NCBI RefSeq assembly: GCF_009914755.1
Contig: NC_060929.1
DNA length: 64,000 nt
From: the human T2T-CHM13v2.0 reference genome, Homo sapiens
Strand: one strand, 5' to 3'
A program made the translations under genes and the position numbers. The notes beneath the pieces are model-generated. The model was not told the DNA's origin. It was given only the letters and a program-made list of their open reading frames with translations, and searched no databases. Positions within the stretch are counted from its first letter, which is position 1. Each line of letters opens with the position of its first letter. Positions 1 to 14,700 of this stretch are shown piece after piece.

Positions 1-2170
1 TGTAAAGTCTGCAAGTGGATATTCAGACCTCTTTGAGGCCTTCGTTGGAAACGGGTTTTTTTCATATAAGGCTAGACAGAAGAATTCCCAGTAACTTCCT
101 TGTGTTGTGTGTGTTCAACTCACAGAGTTGAACTTTCATTTACACAGAGCAGATTTGAAACACTCTTTTTGTGGAATTTGCAGGTGGAGATTTCAAGCGC
201 TTTGAGGCCAAAGGCAGAAAAGGAAATATCTTCGTATAAAAACTAGACAGAATCATTCTCAGAAACTGCTCTGCGATGTGTGCGTTCAACTCTCAGAGTT
301 TAACTTTTCTTTTCATTCAGCAGTTTGGAAACACTCTGTTTGTAAAGTCTGCACGTGGATAATTTGACCACTTAGAGGCCTTCCTTGGAAACGGGTTTTT
401 TTCATGTAAGTCTAGACAGAAGAATTCTCAGTAACTTCCTTGTGTTGTGTGTATTCAACTCACAGAGTTGAACGATCCTTTACACAGAGCAGACTTGTAA
501 CACTCTTTTTGTGGAATTTGCAAGTGGAGATTTCAGCCGCTTTGAAGTCAAAGGTAGAAAAGGAAATATCTTCCTATAAAAACTAGACAGAATGATTCTC
601 AGAAACTCCTTTGTGATGTGTACGTTCAACTCACAGAGTTTAACCTTTCTTTTCATAGAGCAGTTAGGAAACACTCTGTTTGTAAAGTCTGCAAGTGGAT
701 ATTGAGACCTCTTTGAGGCCTTCGTTGGAAACGGGTTTTTTTCATATAAGGCTAGACAGAAGGATTCCCAGTAACTTCCTTGTGTTGTGTGTGTTCAACT
801 CACAGAGTTGAACTTTCATTTACAAAGAGCAGATTTGAAACACTCTTTTTGTGGAATTTGCAAGTGGAGATTTCAAGCGCTTTGAGGCCAAAGGCAGAAA
901 AGGAAATATCTTCGTATAAAAACTAGACAGAATCATTCTCAGAAACTGCTCTGCGATGTGTGCGTTCAACTCTCAGAGTTTAACTTTTCTTTTCATTCAG
1001 CAGTTTGGAAACACTCTGTTTTTAAAGTCTGCACGTGGATAATTTGACCACTTAGAGGCCTTCGTTGGAAACGGGTTTTTTTCATGTAAGGCTAGACAGA
1101 AGAATTCTCAGTAACTTCCTTGTGTTGTGTGTATTCAACTCACAGAGTTGAACGATCCTTTACACAGAGCAGACTTGTAACACTCTTTTTGTGGAATTTG
1201 CAAGTGGAGATTTCAGCCGCTTTGAAGTCAAAGGTAGAAAAGGAAATATCTTCCTATAAAAACTAGACAGAATGATTCTCAGAAACTCCTTTGTGATGTG
1301 TGCATTCAACTCACAGAGTTTAACCTTTCTTTTCATAGAGCAGTTAGGAAACACTCTGCTTGTAAAGTCTGCAAGTGGATATTCAGCCCTCTTTGAGGCC
1401 TTCGTTGGAAACGGGTTTTTTTCATATAAGGCTATACAGAAGAATTCCCAGTAACTTCCTTGTGATGTGTGTGTTCAACTCACAGAGTTGAACTTTCATT
1501 TACACAGAGCAGATTTGAAACACTCTTTTTGTGGAATTTGCAAGTGGAGATTTCAAGCGCTTTGAGGCCAAAGGCAGAAAAGGAAATATCTTCGTATAAA
1601 AACTAGACAGAATCATTCTCAGAAACTGCTCTGCGATGTGTGCGTTCAACTCTCAGAGTTTAACTTTTCTTTTCATTCAGCAGTTTGGAAACACTCTGTT
1701 TGTAAAGTCTGCACGTGGATATTTTGACCACTTAGAGGCCTTCGTTGGAAACGGGTTTTTTTCCTGTAAGGCTAGACAGAAGAATTCCCAGTAACTTCCT
1801 TGTGTTGTGTACATTCAACTCACAGAGTTGAACGTTCCCTTAGACAGAGCAGATTTGAAACACTCTTTTTGTGCAATTGGCAAGTGGAGATTTCAAGCGC
1901 TTTAAGGTCAATGGCAGAAAAGGAAATATCTTCGTTTCAAAACTAGACAGAATCATTCCCACAAACTGCGTTGTGATGTGTTCGTTCAACTCACAGAGTT
2001 TAACCTTTCTTTTCATAGAGCAGTTAGGAAACACTCTGTTTGTAAATTCTGTAAGTGGATATTCTGACATCTTGTGGCCTTCGTTGGAAACGGGATTTCT
2101 TCATATTCTGCTAGACAGAAGAATTCTCAGAATCTTCCTTGTGTTGTGTGTATTCAACTCACACAGTTGA
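1..2170 (+). repeat. Partial copy of the 14-mer unit (B-A-B-A-B-C) that is amplified at 20250-49950
   Basis: Shares the markers TTCCTTGG (384), TGTACG, ATTGAGA, AGGATTC, TTACAAAG, GTTTTTAAAG, TGCATT and CTATAC. ORFs at 480/1160/1840 match those at 20185/20865/21545 (offset 19705). Confidence 0.9.
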
Positions 2171-2442
2171 ACGATGGTTTTCACAGAGCAGATTTGAAAC
2201 ACTCTTTTTGTGGAATTTGCAAGTGGAGATTTCAGCCGCTTTGAGGTCAATGGTAGAAAAGGAAATATCTTCGTATAAAAACTAGACAGAATGATTCTCA
2301 GAAACTTCTTTGTGATGTGTGCGTTCAACTCACAGAGTTTAACCTTTCTTTTCATAGAGTAGTTAGGAAACACTCTGTTTGTAAACTCTGCAAGTGGATA
2401 TTCAGACCTCTTTGAGGCCTTCGTTGGAAACGGGATTTCTTC

Positions 2443-5400
2443 GTACTGTGCTAGACAGAAGAATTCTCAGTAACTTCCTTGTGTTGTGTGTATTCAACTC
2501 ACAGAGTTGACCGATCCTTTACACAGAGCAGACTTGTAACACTCTTTTTGTGGAATTTGCAAGTGGAGATTTCAGCCGCTTTGAAGTCAAAGGTAGAAAA
2601 GGGAATATCTTCATATAAAAACTAGACAGAATGATTCTCAGAAACTCCTTTGTGATGTGTGCGTTCAACTCACAGAGTTTAACCTTTCTTTTCATAGAGC
2701 AGTTAGGAAACACTCTGTTTCTAAAGTCTGCAAGTGGATATTCAGACCTCTTTGAGGCCTTCGTTGGAAAAGGGTTTTTTTCATATAAGGCTAGAGAGAA
2801 GAATTCCCAGTAACTTCCTTGTGTTGTGTGTGTTCAACTCACAGAGTTGAACTTTCATTTACACAGAGCAGATTTGAAACACTCTTTTTGTGGAATTTGC
2901 AAGTGGAGATTTCAAGCGCTGTGAGGCCAAAGGCAGAAAAGGAAATATCTTCGTATAAAAACTAGACAGAATCATTCTCAGAAACTGCTCTGCGATGTGT
3001 GCGTTCAACTCTCAGAGTTTAACTTTTCTTTTCATTCAGCAGTTTGGAAACACTCTGTTTGTAAAGTCTGCACGTGGATAATTTGACCACTTAGAGGCCT
3101 TCGTTGGAAACGGGTTTTTTTCATGTAAGGCTAGACAGAAGAATTCTCAGTAACTTCCTTGTGTTGTGTGTATTCAACTCACACAGTTGAACGATCCTTT
3201 ACACAGAGCAGACTTGTAACACTCTTTTTGTGGAATTTGCAAGTGGAGATTTCAGCCGCTTTGAAGTCAAAGGTAGAAAAGGAAATATCTTCCTATAAAA
3301 ACTAGACAGAAAGATTCTCAGAAACTCCTTTGTGATGTGTGCGTTCAACTCACAGAGTTTAACCTTTCTTTTCATAGAGCAGTTAGGAAACACTCTGTTT
3401 GTAAAGTCTGCAAGTGGATATTCAGACCTCTTTGAGGCCTTCGTTGGAAACGGGTTTTTTTCATATAAGGCTAGACAGAAGAATTCCCAGTAACTTCCTT
3501 GTGTTGTGTGTGTTCAACTCACAGAGTTGAACTTTCATTTACACAGAGCAGATTTGAAACACTCTTTTTGTGGAATTTGCAAGTGGAGATTTCAAGCGCT
3601 TTGAGGCCAAAGGCAGAAAAGGAAATATCTTCGTATAAAAACTAGACAGAATCATTCTCAGAAACTGCTCTGTGATGTGTGCGTTCAACTCTCAGAGTTT
3701 AACTTTTCTTTTCATTCAGCAGTTTGGAAACACTCTGTTTGTAAAGTCTGCACGTGGATAATTTGACCACTTAGAGGCCTTCGTTGGAAACGGGTTTTTT
3801 TCATGTAAGGCTAGACAGAAGAGTTCTCAGTAACTTCCTTGTGTTGTGTGTATTCAACTCACACAGTTGAACGATCCTTTACAGAGAGCAGACTTGTAAC
3901 ACTCTTTTTGTGGAATTTGCAAGTGGAGATTTCAGCCGCTTTGAAGTCAAAGTAGAAAAGGAAATATCTTCCTATAAAAACTAGACAGAATGATTCTCAG
4001 AAACTCCTTTGTGATGTGTGCGTTCAACTCACAGAGTTTAACCTTTCTTTTCATAGAGCAGTTAGGAAACACTCTGTTTGTAAAGTCTGCAAGTGGATAT
4101 TCAGACCTCTTTGAGGCCTTCGTTGGAAACGGGTTTTTTTCATATAAGGCTAGACAGAAGAATTCCCAGTAACTTCCTTGTGTTGTGTGTGTTCAACTCA
4201 CAGAGTTGAACTTTCATTTACACAGGGCAGATTTGAAACACTCTTTTTGTGGAATTTGCAAATGGAGGTTTCAAGCGCTTTGAGGCCAAAGGCAGAAAAG
4301 GAAATATCTTCGTATAAAAACTAGACAGAATCATTCTCAGAAAGTGCTCTGCGATGTGTGCGTTCAACTCTCAGAGTTTAACTTTGCTTTTCATTCAGCA
4401 GTTTGGAAACACTCTGTTTGTAAAGTCTGCACGTGGATAATTTGACCACTTAGAGGCCTTCGTTGGAAACGGGTTTTTTTCATGTAAGGCTAGACAGAAG
4501 AGTTCTCAGTAACTTCCTTGTGTTGTGTGTATTCAACTCACACAGTTGAACGATCCTTTACACAGAGCAGACTTGTAACACTCTTTTTGTGGAATTTGCA
4601 AGTGGAGATTTCAGCCGCTTTGAAGTCAAAGTAGAAAAGGAAATATCTTCCTATAAAAACTAGACAGAATGATTCTCAGAAACTCCTTTGTGATGTGTGC
4701 GTTCAACTCAAAGAGTTTAACCTTTCTTTTCATAGAGCAGTTAGGAAACACTCTGTTTGTAAAGTCTGCAAGTGGATATTCAGACCTCTTTGAGGCCTTC
4801 TTTGGAAACGGGTTTTTTTCATATAAGGCTAGACAGAAGAATTCCCAGTAACTTCCTTGTGTTGTGTGTGTTCAACTCACAGAGTTGAACTTTCATTTAC
4901 ACAGAGCAGATTTGAAACACTCTTTTTGTGGAATTTGCAGGTGGAGATTTCAAGCGCTTTGAGGCCAAAGGCAGAAAAGGAAATATCTTCGTATAAAAAC
5001 TAGACAGAATCATTCTCAGAAACTGCTCTGCGATGTGTGCGTTCAACTCTCAGAGTTTAACTTTTCTTTTCATTCAGCAGTTTGGAAACACTCTGTTTGT
5101 AAATTCTGCACGTGGATAATTTGACCACTTAGAGGCCTTCGTTGGAAACGGGTTTTTTTCCTGTAAGGCTAGACAGAAGAATTCTCAGTAACTTCCTTGT
5201 GTTGTGTGTATTCAACTCACAGAGTTGAACGATCCTTTACACAGAGCAGACTTGTAACACTCTTTTTGTGGAATTTGCAAGTGGAGATTTCAGCCGCTTT
5301 GAAGTCAAAGGTAGAAAAGGAAATATCTTCGTATAAAAACTAGACAGAATGATTCTCAGAAACTCCTTTGTGATGTGTGCGTTCAACTCACAGAGTTTAA

Positions 5401-8400
5401 CCTTTCTTTTCATAGAGCAGTTAGGAAACACTCTGTTTGTAAACTCTGCAAGTGGATATTCAGACCTCTTTGAGGCCTTCGTTGGAAACGGGATTTCTTC
5501 ATACTGTGCTAGACAGAAGAATTCTCAGTAACTTCCTTGTGTTGTGTGTATTCAACTCACAGAGTTGAACGATCCTTTACACAGAGCAGACTTGGAACAC
5601 TCTTTTTGTGGAATTTGCAAGTGGAGATTTCAGCCGCGTTGAGGTCAATGGTAGAAAAGGAAATATCTTCGTATAAAAACTAGACAGAATGATTCTCAGA
5701 AACTCCTTTGACATGTGTGCGTTCAACTCACAGAGTTTAACCTTTCTTTTCATAGAGCAGTTAGGAATCACTCTGTTTGTAAAGTCTGCAAGTGGATATT
5801 CAGACCTCTTTGAGGCCTTCGTTGGAAACGGGTTTTTTTCATATAAGGCTAGACAGAAGAATTCCCAGTAACTTCCTTGTGTTGTGTGTGTTCAACTCAC
5901 AGAGTTGAATTTGATTTACACAGAGCAGATTTGAAACACTCTTTTTGTGGAATTTGCAAGTGGAGATTTCAAGCGCTTTGAGGCCAAAGGCAGAAAAGGA
6001 AATATCTTCGTATAAAAACTAGACAGAATCATTCTCAGAAACTGCTCTGCGATGTGTGCGTTCAACTCTCAGAGTTTAACTTTTCTTTTCATTCAGCAGT
6101 TTGGAAACACTCTGTTTGTAAAGTCTGCACGTGGATATTTTGACCACTTAGAGGCCTTCGTTGGAAACGGGTTTTTTTCCTGTAAGGCTAGACAGAAGAA
6201 TTCCCAGTAACTTCCTTGTGTTGTGTACATTCAACTCACAGAGTTGAACGTTCCCTTAGACAGAGCAGATTTGAAACACTCTTTTTGTGCAATTGGCAAG
6301 TGGAGATTTCAAGCGCTTTGAGGTCAATGGCAGAAAAGGAAATATCTTCGTTTCAAAACTAGACAGAATCATTCCCACAAACTGCATTGTGATGTGTTCG
6401 TTCAACTCACAGAGTTTAACCTTTCTTTTCATAGAGCAGTTAGGAAACAGTCTGTTTGAAAATTCTGTAAGTGGATATTCTGACATCTTGTGGCCTTCGT
6501 TGGAAACGGGATTTCTTCATATTCTGCTAGACAGAAGAATTCTCAGAATCTTCCTTGTGTTGTGTGTATTCAACTCACACAGTTGAACGATGGTTTACAC
6601 AGAGCAGATTTGAAACACTCATTTGGTGGAATTTGCAAGTGGAGATTTCAGCCGCTTTGAGGTCAATGGTAGAAAAGGAAATATCTTCGTATAACAACTA
6701 GACAGAATCATTCTCAGAAACTGCTCTGTGATGTGTGCGTTCAACTCTCAGAGTTTAACTTTTCTTTTCATTCAGCAGTTTGGAAACACTCTGTTTGTAA
6801 AGTCTGCACGTGGATAATTTGACCACTTAGAGGCCTTCGTTGGAAACGGGTTTTTTTCATGTATGGCTAGACAGAAGAGTTCTCAGTAACTTCCTTGTGT
6901 TGTGTGTATTCAACTCACACAGTTGAACGATCCTTTACAGAGAGCAGACTTGTAACACTCTTTTTGTGGAATTTGCAAGTGGAGATTTCAGCCGCTTTGA
7001 AGTCAAAGTAGAAAAGGAAATATCTTCCTATAAAAACTAGACAGAATGATTCTCAGAAACTCCTTTGTGATGTGTGCGTTCAACTCACAGAGTTTAACCT
7101 TTCTTTTCATAGAGCAGTTAGGAAACACTCTGTTTGTAAAGTCTGCAAGTGGATATTCAGACCTCTTTGAGGCCTTCGTTGGAAACGGGTTTTTTTCATA
7201 TAAGGCTAGACAGAAGAATTCCCAGTAACTTCCTTGTGTTGTGTGTGTTCAACTCACAGAGTTGAACTTTCATTTACACAGAGCAGATTTGAAACACTCT
7301 TTTTGTGGAATTTGCAGGTGGAGATTTCAAGCGCTTTGAGGCCAAAGGCAGAAAAGGAAATATCTTCGTATAAAAACTAGACAGAATCATTCTCAGAAAC
7401 TGCTCTGCGATGTGTGCGTTCAACTCTCAGAGTTTAACTTTTCTTTTCATTCAGCAGTTTGGAAACACTCTGTTTCTAAAGTCTGCACGTGGATAATTTG
7501 ACCACTTAGAGGCCTTCGTTGGAAACGGGTTTTTTTCATGTAAGGCTAGACAGAAGAATTCTCAGTAACTTCCTTGTGTTGTGTGTATTCAACTCACAGA
7601 GTTGAACGATCCTTTACACAGAGCAGACTTGTAACACTCTTTTTGTGGAATTTGCAAGTGGAGATTTCAGCCGCTTTGAAGTCAAAGGTAGAAAAGGAAA
7701 TATCTTCCTATAAAAACTAGACAGAATGATTCTCAGAAACTCCTTTGTGATGTGTGCGTTCAACTCACAGAGTTTAACCTTTCTTTTCATAGAGCAGTTA
7801 GGAAACACTCTGCTTGTAAAGTCTGCAAGTGGATATTCAGCCCTCTTTGAGGCCTTCGTTGGAAACGGGTTTTTTTCATATAAGGCTAGACAGAAGAATT
7901 CCCAGTAACTTCCTTGTGTTGTGTGTGTTCAACTCACAGAGTTGAACTTTGATTTACACAGAACAGATTTGAAACACTCTTTTTGTGGAATTTGCAAGTG
8001 GAGATTTCAAGCGCTTTGAGGCCAAAGGCAGAAAAGGAAATATCTTCGTATAAAAACTAGACAGAATCATTCTCAGAAACTGCTCTGCGATGTGTGCGTT
8101 CAACTCTCAGAGTTTAACTTTTCTTTTCATTCAGCTGTTTGGAAACACTCTGTTTGTAAAGTCTGCACGTGGATATTTTGACCACTTAGAGGCCTTCGTT
8201 GGAAACGGGTTTTTTTCCTGTAAGGCTAGACAGAAGAATTCCCAGTAACTTCCTTGTGTTGTGTACATTCCACTCACAGAGTTGAACGTTCCCTTAGACA
8301 GAGCAGATTTGAAACACTCTTTTTGTGCAATTGGCAAGTGGAGATTTCAAGCGCTTTAAGGTCAATGGCAGAAAAGGAAATATCTTCGTTTCAAAACTAG

Positions 8401-8760
8401 ACAGAATCATTCCCAAAAACTGCGTTGTGATGTATTCGTTCATCTCACAGAGTTTAACCTTTCTTTTCATAGAGCAGTTAGGAAACAGTCTGTTTGTAAA
8501 TTCTGTAAGTGGATATTCTGACATCTTGTGGCCTTCGTTGGAAACGGGATTTCTTCATATTCTGCTAGACAGAAGAATTCTCAGAATCTTCCTTGTGTTG
8601 TGTGTATTCAACTCACAGAGTTGAACGATGGTTTACACAGAGCAGATTTGAAACACTCTTTTTGTGGAATTTGCAAGTGGAGATTTCAGCCGCTTTGAGG
8701 TCAATGGTAGAAAAGGAAATATCTTCGTATAAAAACTAGACAGAATGATTCTCAGAAACT
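2443..8760 (+). repeat. Long-range duplicated segment, copy 1
   Basis: An ordered series of rare variants (TCGTACTG, GACCGATC, CATATAAAA, GAAAGATT, ACAGGGC, CAAAGAG, TTCTTTGG, GACATG, GAATTTGA, GTATGG, CCCAAAAAC) recurs at offset 47572 and then 48252. Confidence 0.92.
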
Positions 8761-11700
8761 CCTTTGAGATGTGTGTGTTCAACTCACAGAGTTTAACCTT
8801 TCTTTTCATAGAGCAGTTAGGAATCACTCTGTTTGTAAAGTCTGCAAGTGGATATTCAGACCTCTTTGAGGCCTTCGTTGGAAACGGGTTTTTTTCATAT
8901 AAGGCTAGACAGAAGAATTCCCAGTAACTTCCTTGTGTTGTGTGTGTTCAACTCACAGAGTTGAACTTTCATTTACACAGAGCAGATTTGAAACACTCTT
9001 TTTGTGGAATTTGCAACTGGAGATTTCAAGCGCTTTGAGGCCAAAGACAGAAAAGGAAATATCTTCGTATAAAAACTAGACAGAATCATTCTCAGAAACT
9101 GCTCTGCGATGTGTGCGTTCAACTCTCAGAGTTTAACTTTGCTTTTCATTCAGCAGTTTGGAAACACTCTGTTTGTAAAGTCTGCACGTGGATAATTTGA
9201 CCACTTAGAGGCCTTCGTTGGAAACGGGTTTTTTTCATGTAAGGCTAGACAGAAGAATTCTCAGTAACTTCCTTGTGTTGTGTGTATTCAACTCACAGAG
9301 TTGAACGATCCTTTACACAGAGCAGACTTGTAACACTCTTTTTGTGGAATTTGCAAGTGGAGATTTCAGCCGCTTTGAAGTCAAAGGTAGAAAAGGAAAT
9401 ATCTTCCTATAAAAACTACACAGAATGATTCTCAGAAACTCCTTTGTGATGTGTGCGTTCAACTCACAGAGTTTAACCTTTCTTTTCATAGAGGAGTTAG
9501 GAAACACTCTGTTTGTAAAGTCTGCAAGTGGATATTCAGACCTCTTTGAGGTCTTCGTTGGAAACGGGTTTTTTTCATATAAGGCTAGACAGAAGAATTC
9601 CCAGTAACTTCCTTGTGTTGTGTGTGTTCAACTCACAGAGTTGAACTTTCATTTACACAGAGCAGATTTGAAACACTCTTTTTGTGGAATTTGCAATTGG
9701 AGATTTCAAGCGCTTTGAGGCCAAATGCAGAAAAGGAAATATCTTCGTATAAAAACTAGACAGAATCATTCTCAGAAACTGCTCTGTGATGTGTGCGTTC
9801 AACTCTCAGAGTTTAACTTTTCTTTTCATTCAGCAGTTTGGAAACACTCTGTTTGTAAAGTCTGCACGTGGATAATTTGACCACTTAGAGGCCTTCGTTG
9901 GAAACGGGTTTTTTTCATGTAAGGCTAGACAGAAGAGTTCTCAGTAACTTCCTTGTGTTGTGTGTATTCAACTCACACAGTTGAACGGTCCTTTACACAG
10001 AGCAGACTTGTAACACTCTTTTTGTGGAATTTGCAAGTGGAGATTTCAGCCGCTTTGAAGTCAAAGTAGAAAAGGAAATATCTTCCTATAAAAACTAGAC
10101 AGAATGATTCTCAGAAACTCCTTTGTGATGTGTGCGTTCAACTCACAGAGTTTAACCTTTCTTTTCATAGAGCAGTTAGGAAACACTCTGTTTGTAAAGT
10201 CTGCAAGTGGATATTCAGACCTCTTTGAGGCCTTCGTTGGAAACGGGTTTTTTTCATATAAGGCTAGACAGAAGAATTCCCAGTAACTTCCTTGTGTTGT
10301 GTGTGTTCAACTCACAGAGTTGAACTTTCATTTACACAGAGCAGATTTGAAACACTCTTTTTGTGGAATTTGCAGGTGGAGATTTCAAGCGCTTTGAGGC
10401 CAAAGGCAGAAAAGGAAATATCTTCGTATAAAAACTAGACAGAATCATTCTCAGAAACTGCTCTGCGATGTGTGCGTTCAACTCTCAGAGTTTAACTTTT
10501 CTTTTCATTCAGCAGTTTGGAAACACTCTGTTTGTAAAGTCTGCACGTGGATAATTTGACCACTTAGAGGCCTTCGTTGGAAACGGGTTTTTTTCATGTA
10601 AGGCTAGACAGAAGAATTCTCAGTAACTTCCTTGTGTTGTGTGTATTCAACTCACAGAGTTGAACGATCCTTTACACAGAGCAGACTTGTAAAACTTTTT
10701 TGTGGAATTTGCAAGTGGAGATTTCAGCCGCTTTGAAGTCAAAGGTAGAAAAGGAAATATCTTCCTATAAAAACTAGACAGAATGATTCTCAGAAACTCC
10801 TTTGTGATGTGTGCGTTCAACTCACAGAGTTTAACCTTTCTTTTCATAGAGCAGTTAGGAAACACTCTGCTTGTAAAGTCTGCAAGTGGATATTCAGCCC
10901 TCTTTGAGGCCTTCGTTGGAAACGGGTTTTTTTCATATAAGGCTAGACAGAAGAATTCCCAGTAACTTCCTTGTGTTGTGTGTGTTCAACTCACAGAGTT
11001 GAACTTTGATTTACACAGAGCAGATTTGAAACACTCTTTTTGTGGAATTTGCAAGTGGAGATTTCAAGCGCTTTGAGGCCAAAGGCAGAAAAGGAAATAT
11101 CTTCGTATAAAAACTAGACAGAATCATTCTCAGAAACTGCTCTGCGATGTGTGCGTTCAACTCTCAGAGTTTAACTTTTCTTTTCATTCAGCAGTTTGGA
11201 AACACTCTGTTTCTAAAGTCTGCACGTGGATAATTTGACCACTTAGAGGCCTTCGTTGGAAACGGGTTTTTTTCCTGTAAGGCTAGACAGAAGAATTCCC
11301 AGTAACTTCCTTGTGTTGTGTACATTCAACTCACAGAGTTGAACGTTCCCTTAGACAGAGCAGATTTGAAACACTCTTTTTGTGCAATTGGCAAGTGGAG
11401 ATTTCAAGCGCTTTAAGGTCAATGGCAGAAAAGGAAATATCTTCGTTTCAAAACTAGACAGAATCATTCCCACAAACTGCGTTGTGATGTGTTCGTTCAT
11501 CTCACAGAGTTTAACCTTTCTTTTCATAGAGCAGTTAGGAAACACTCTGTTTGTAAATTCTGTAAGTGGATATTCTGACATCTTGTGGCCTTCGTTGGAA
11601 ACGGGATTTCTTCATATTCTGCTAGACAGAAGAATTCTCAGAATCTTCCTTGTGTTGTGTGTATTCAACTCACACAGTTGAACGATGGTTTACACAGAGC

Positions 11701-14700
11701 AGATTTGAAACACTCTTTTTGTGGAATTTGCAAGTGGAGATTTCAGCCGCTTTGAGGTCAATGGTAGAAAAGGAAATATCTTCGTATAAAAACTAGACAG
11801 AATGATTCTCAGAAACTTCTTTGTGATGTGTGCGTTCAACTCACAGAGTTTAACCTTTCTTTTCATAGAGCAGTTAGGAAACACTCTGTTTGTAAACTCT
11901 GCAAGTGGATATTCAGACCTCTTCGAGGCCTTCGTTGGAAACGGGATTTCTTCATACTGTGCTAGACAGAAGAATTCTCAGTAACTTCCTTGTGTTGTGT
12001 GTATTCAACTCACAGAGTTGAACGATCCTTTACACAGAGCGGACTTGAAACACTCTTTTTGTGGAATTTGCAAGTGGAGATTTCAGCCGCGTTGAGGTCA
12101 ATGGTAGAAAAGGAAATATCTTCGTATAAAAACTAGACAGAATGATTCTCAGAAACTCCTTTGAGATGTGTGTGTTCAACTCACAGAGTTTAACCTTTCT
12201 TTTCATAGAGCAGTTAGGAATCACTCTGTTTGTAAAGTCTGCAAGTGGATATTCAGACCTCTTTGAGGCCTTCGTTGGAAACGGGTTTTTTTCATATAAG
12301 GCTAGACAGAAGAATTCCCAGTAACTTCCTTGTGTTGTGTGTGTTCAACTCACAGAGTTGAACTTTCATTTACACAGAGCAGATTTGAAACACTCTTTTT
12401 GTGGAATTTGCAAATGGAGATTTCAAGCGCTTTGAGGCCAAAGGCAGAAAAGGAAATATCTTCGTATAAAAACTAGACAGAATCATTCTCAGAAACTGCT
12501 CTGTGATGTGTGCGTTCAACTCTCAGAGTTTAACTTTGCTTTTCATTCAGCAGTTTGGAAACACTCTGTTTGTAAAGTCTGCACGTGGATAATTTGACCA
12601 CTTAGAGGCCTTCGTTGGAAACGGGTTTTTTTCATGTAAGGCTAGACAGAAGAATTCTCAGTAACTTCCTTGTGTTGTGTGTATTCAACTCACAGAGTTG
12701 AACGATCCTTTACACAGAGCAGACTTGTAACACTCTTTTTGTGGAATTTGCAAGTGGAGATTTCAGCCGCTTTGAAGTCAAATGTAGAAAAGGAAATATC
12801 TTCCTATAAAAACTAGACAGAATGATTCTCAGAAACTCCTTTGTGATGTGTGCGTTCAACTCACAGAGTTTAACCTTTCTTTTCATAGAGCAGTTAGGAA
12901 ACACTCTGTTTGTAAAGTCTGCAAGTGGATATTCAGACCTCTTTGAGGCCTTCGTTGGAAACGGGTTTTTTTCATATAAGGCTAGACAGAAGAATTCCCA
13001 GTAACTTCCTTGTGTTGTGTGTGTTCAACTCACAGAGTTGAACTTTCATTTACACAGAGCAGATTTGAAACACTCTTTTTGTGGAATTTGCAAGTGGAGA
13101 TTTCAAGCGCTTTGAGGACAAAGGCAGAAAAGGAAATATCTTCGTATAAAAACTAGACAGAATCATTCTCAGAAACTGCTCTGTGATGTCTGCGTTCAAC
13201 TCTCAGAGTTTAACTTTTCTTTTCATTCAGCAGTTTGGAAACACTCTGTTTCTAAAGTCTGCACGTGGATAATTTGACCACTTAGAGGCCTTCGTTGGAA
13301 ACGGGTTTTTTTCATGTAAGGCTAGACAGAAGAGTTCTCAGTAACTTCCTTGTGTTGTGTGTATTCAACTCACACAGTTGAACGATCCTTTACAGAGAGC
13401 AGACTTGTAACACTCTTTTTGTGGAATTTGCAAGTGGAGATTTCAGCCGCTTTGAAGTCAAAGAAGAAAAGGAAATATCTTCCTATAAAAACTAGACAGA
13501 ATGATTCTCAGAAACTCCTTTGTGATGTGTGCGTTCAACTCACAGAGTTTAACCTTTCTTTTCATAGAGCAGTTAGGAAACACTCTGTTTGTAAAGTCTG
13601 CAAGTGGATATTCAGACCTCTTTGAGGCCTTCGTTGGAAACGGGTTTTTTTCATATAAGGCTAGACAGAAGAATTCCCAGTAACTTCCTTGTGTTGTGTG
13701 TGTTCAACTCACAGAGTTGAACGATAGTTTACACAGAGCAGATTTGAAACACTCATTTGGTGGAATTTGCAAGTGGAGATTTCAGCCGCTTTGAGGTCAA
13801 TGGTAGAAAAGGAAATATCTTCGTATAACAACTAGACAGAATGATTCTCAGAAACTTCTTTGTGATGTGTGTGTTCAACTCACAGTGTTTAACCTTTCTT
13901 TTCATAGAGCAGTTAGGAAACACTGTGTTTTTAAACTCTGCAAGTGGATATTCAGACCTCTTTGAGGCCTTCGTTGGAAACGGGTTTCTTCATACTGTGC
14001 TAGACAGAAGAATTCTCAGTAACTTCATTGTGTTGTGTGTATTCAACTCACAGAGTTGAACGATCCTTTACACAGAGCAGACTTGAAACACTCTTTTTGT
14101 GGAATTTGCAAGTGGAGATTTCAGCCGCGTTGAGGTCAATGGTAGAAAAGGAAATATCTTCGTATAAAAACTAGACAGAATGATTCTCAGAAACTCCTTT
14201 GTGATGTGTGTGTTCAACTCACAGAGTTTAACATTTCTTTTCATAGAGCAGTTAGGAAACACTCTGTTTGTAAAGTCTGCAAGTGGATATTCAGACCTCT
14301 TTGAGGCCTTCGTTGGAAACGGGTTTTTTTCATATAAGGCTAGACAGAAGAATTCCCAGTAACTTCCTTGTGTTGTGTGTGTTCAACTCACAGAGTTGAA
14401 CTTTGATTTACACAGAGCAGATTTGAAACACTCTTTTTGTGGAATTTGCAAGTGGAGATTTCAAGCGCTTTGAGGCCAAAGGCAGAAAAGGAAATATCTT
14501 CGTATAAAAACTAGACAGAATCATTCTCAGAAACTGCTCTGCGATGTGTGCGTTCAACTCTCAGAGTTTAACTTTTCTTTTCATTCAGCAGTTTGGAAAC
14601 ACTCTGTTTGTAAAGTCTGCACGTGGATATTTTGACCACTTAGAGGCCTTCGTTGGAAACGGGTTTTTTTCCTGTAAGGCTAGACAGAAGAATTCCCAGT

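Noticed and set aside
40-63. GC-rich motif followed by a T-run resembling an intrinsic or Pol III terminator
   Set aside because: It is the CENP-B box plus a subfamily T-tract, and no transcription unit is evident.
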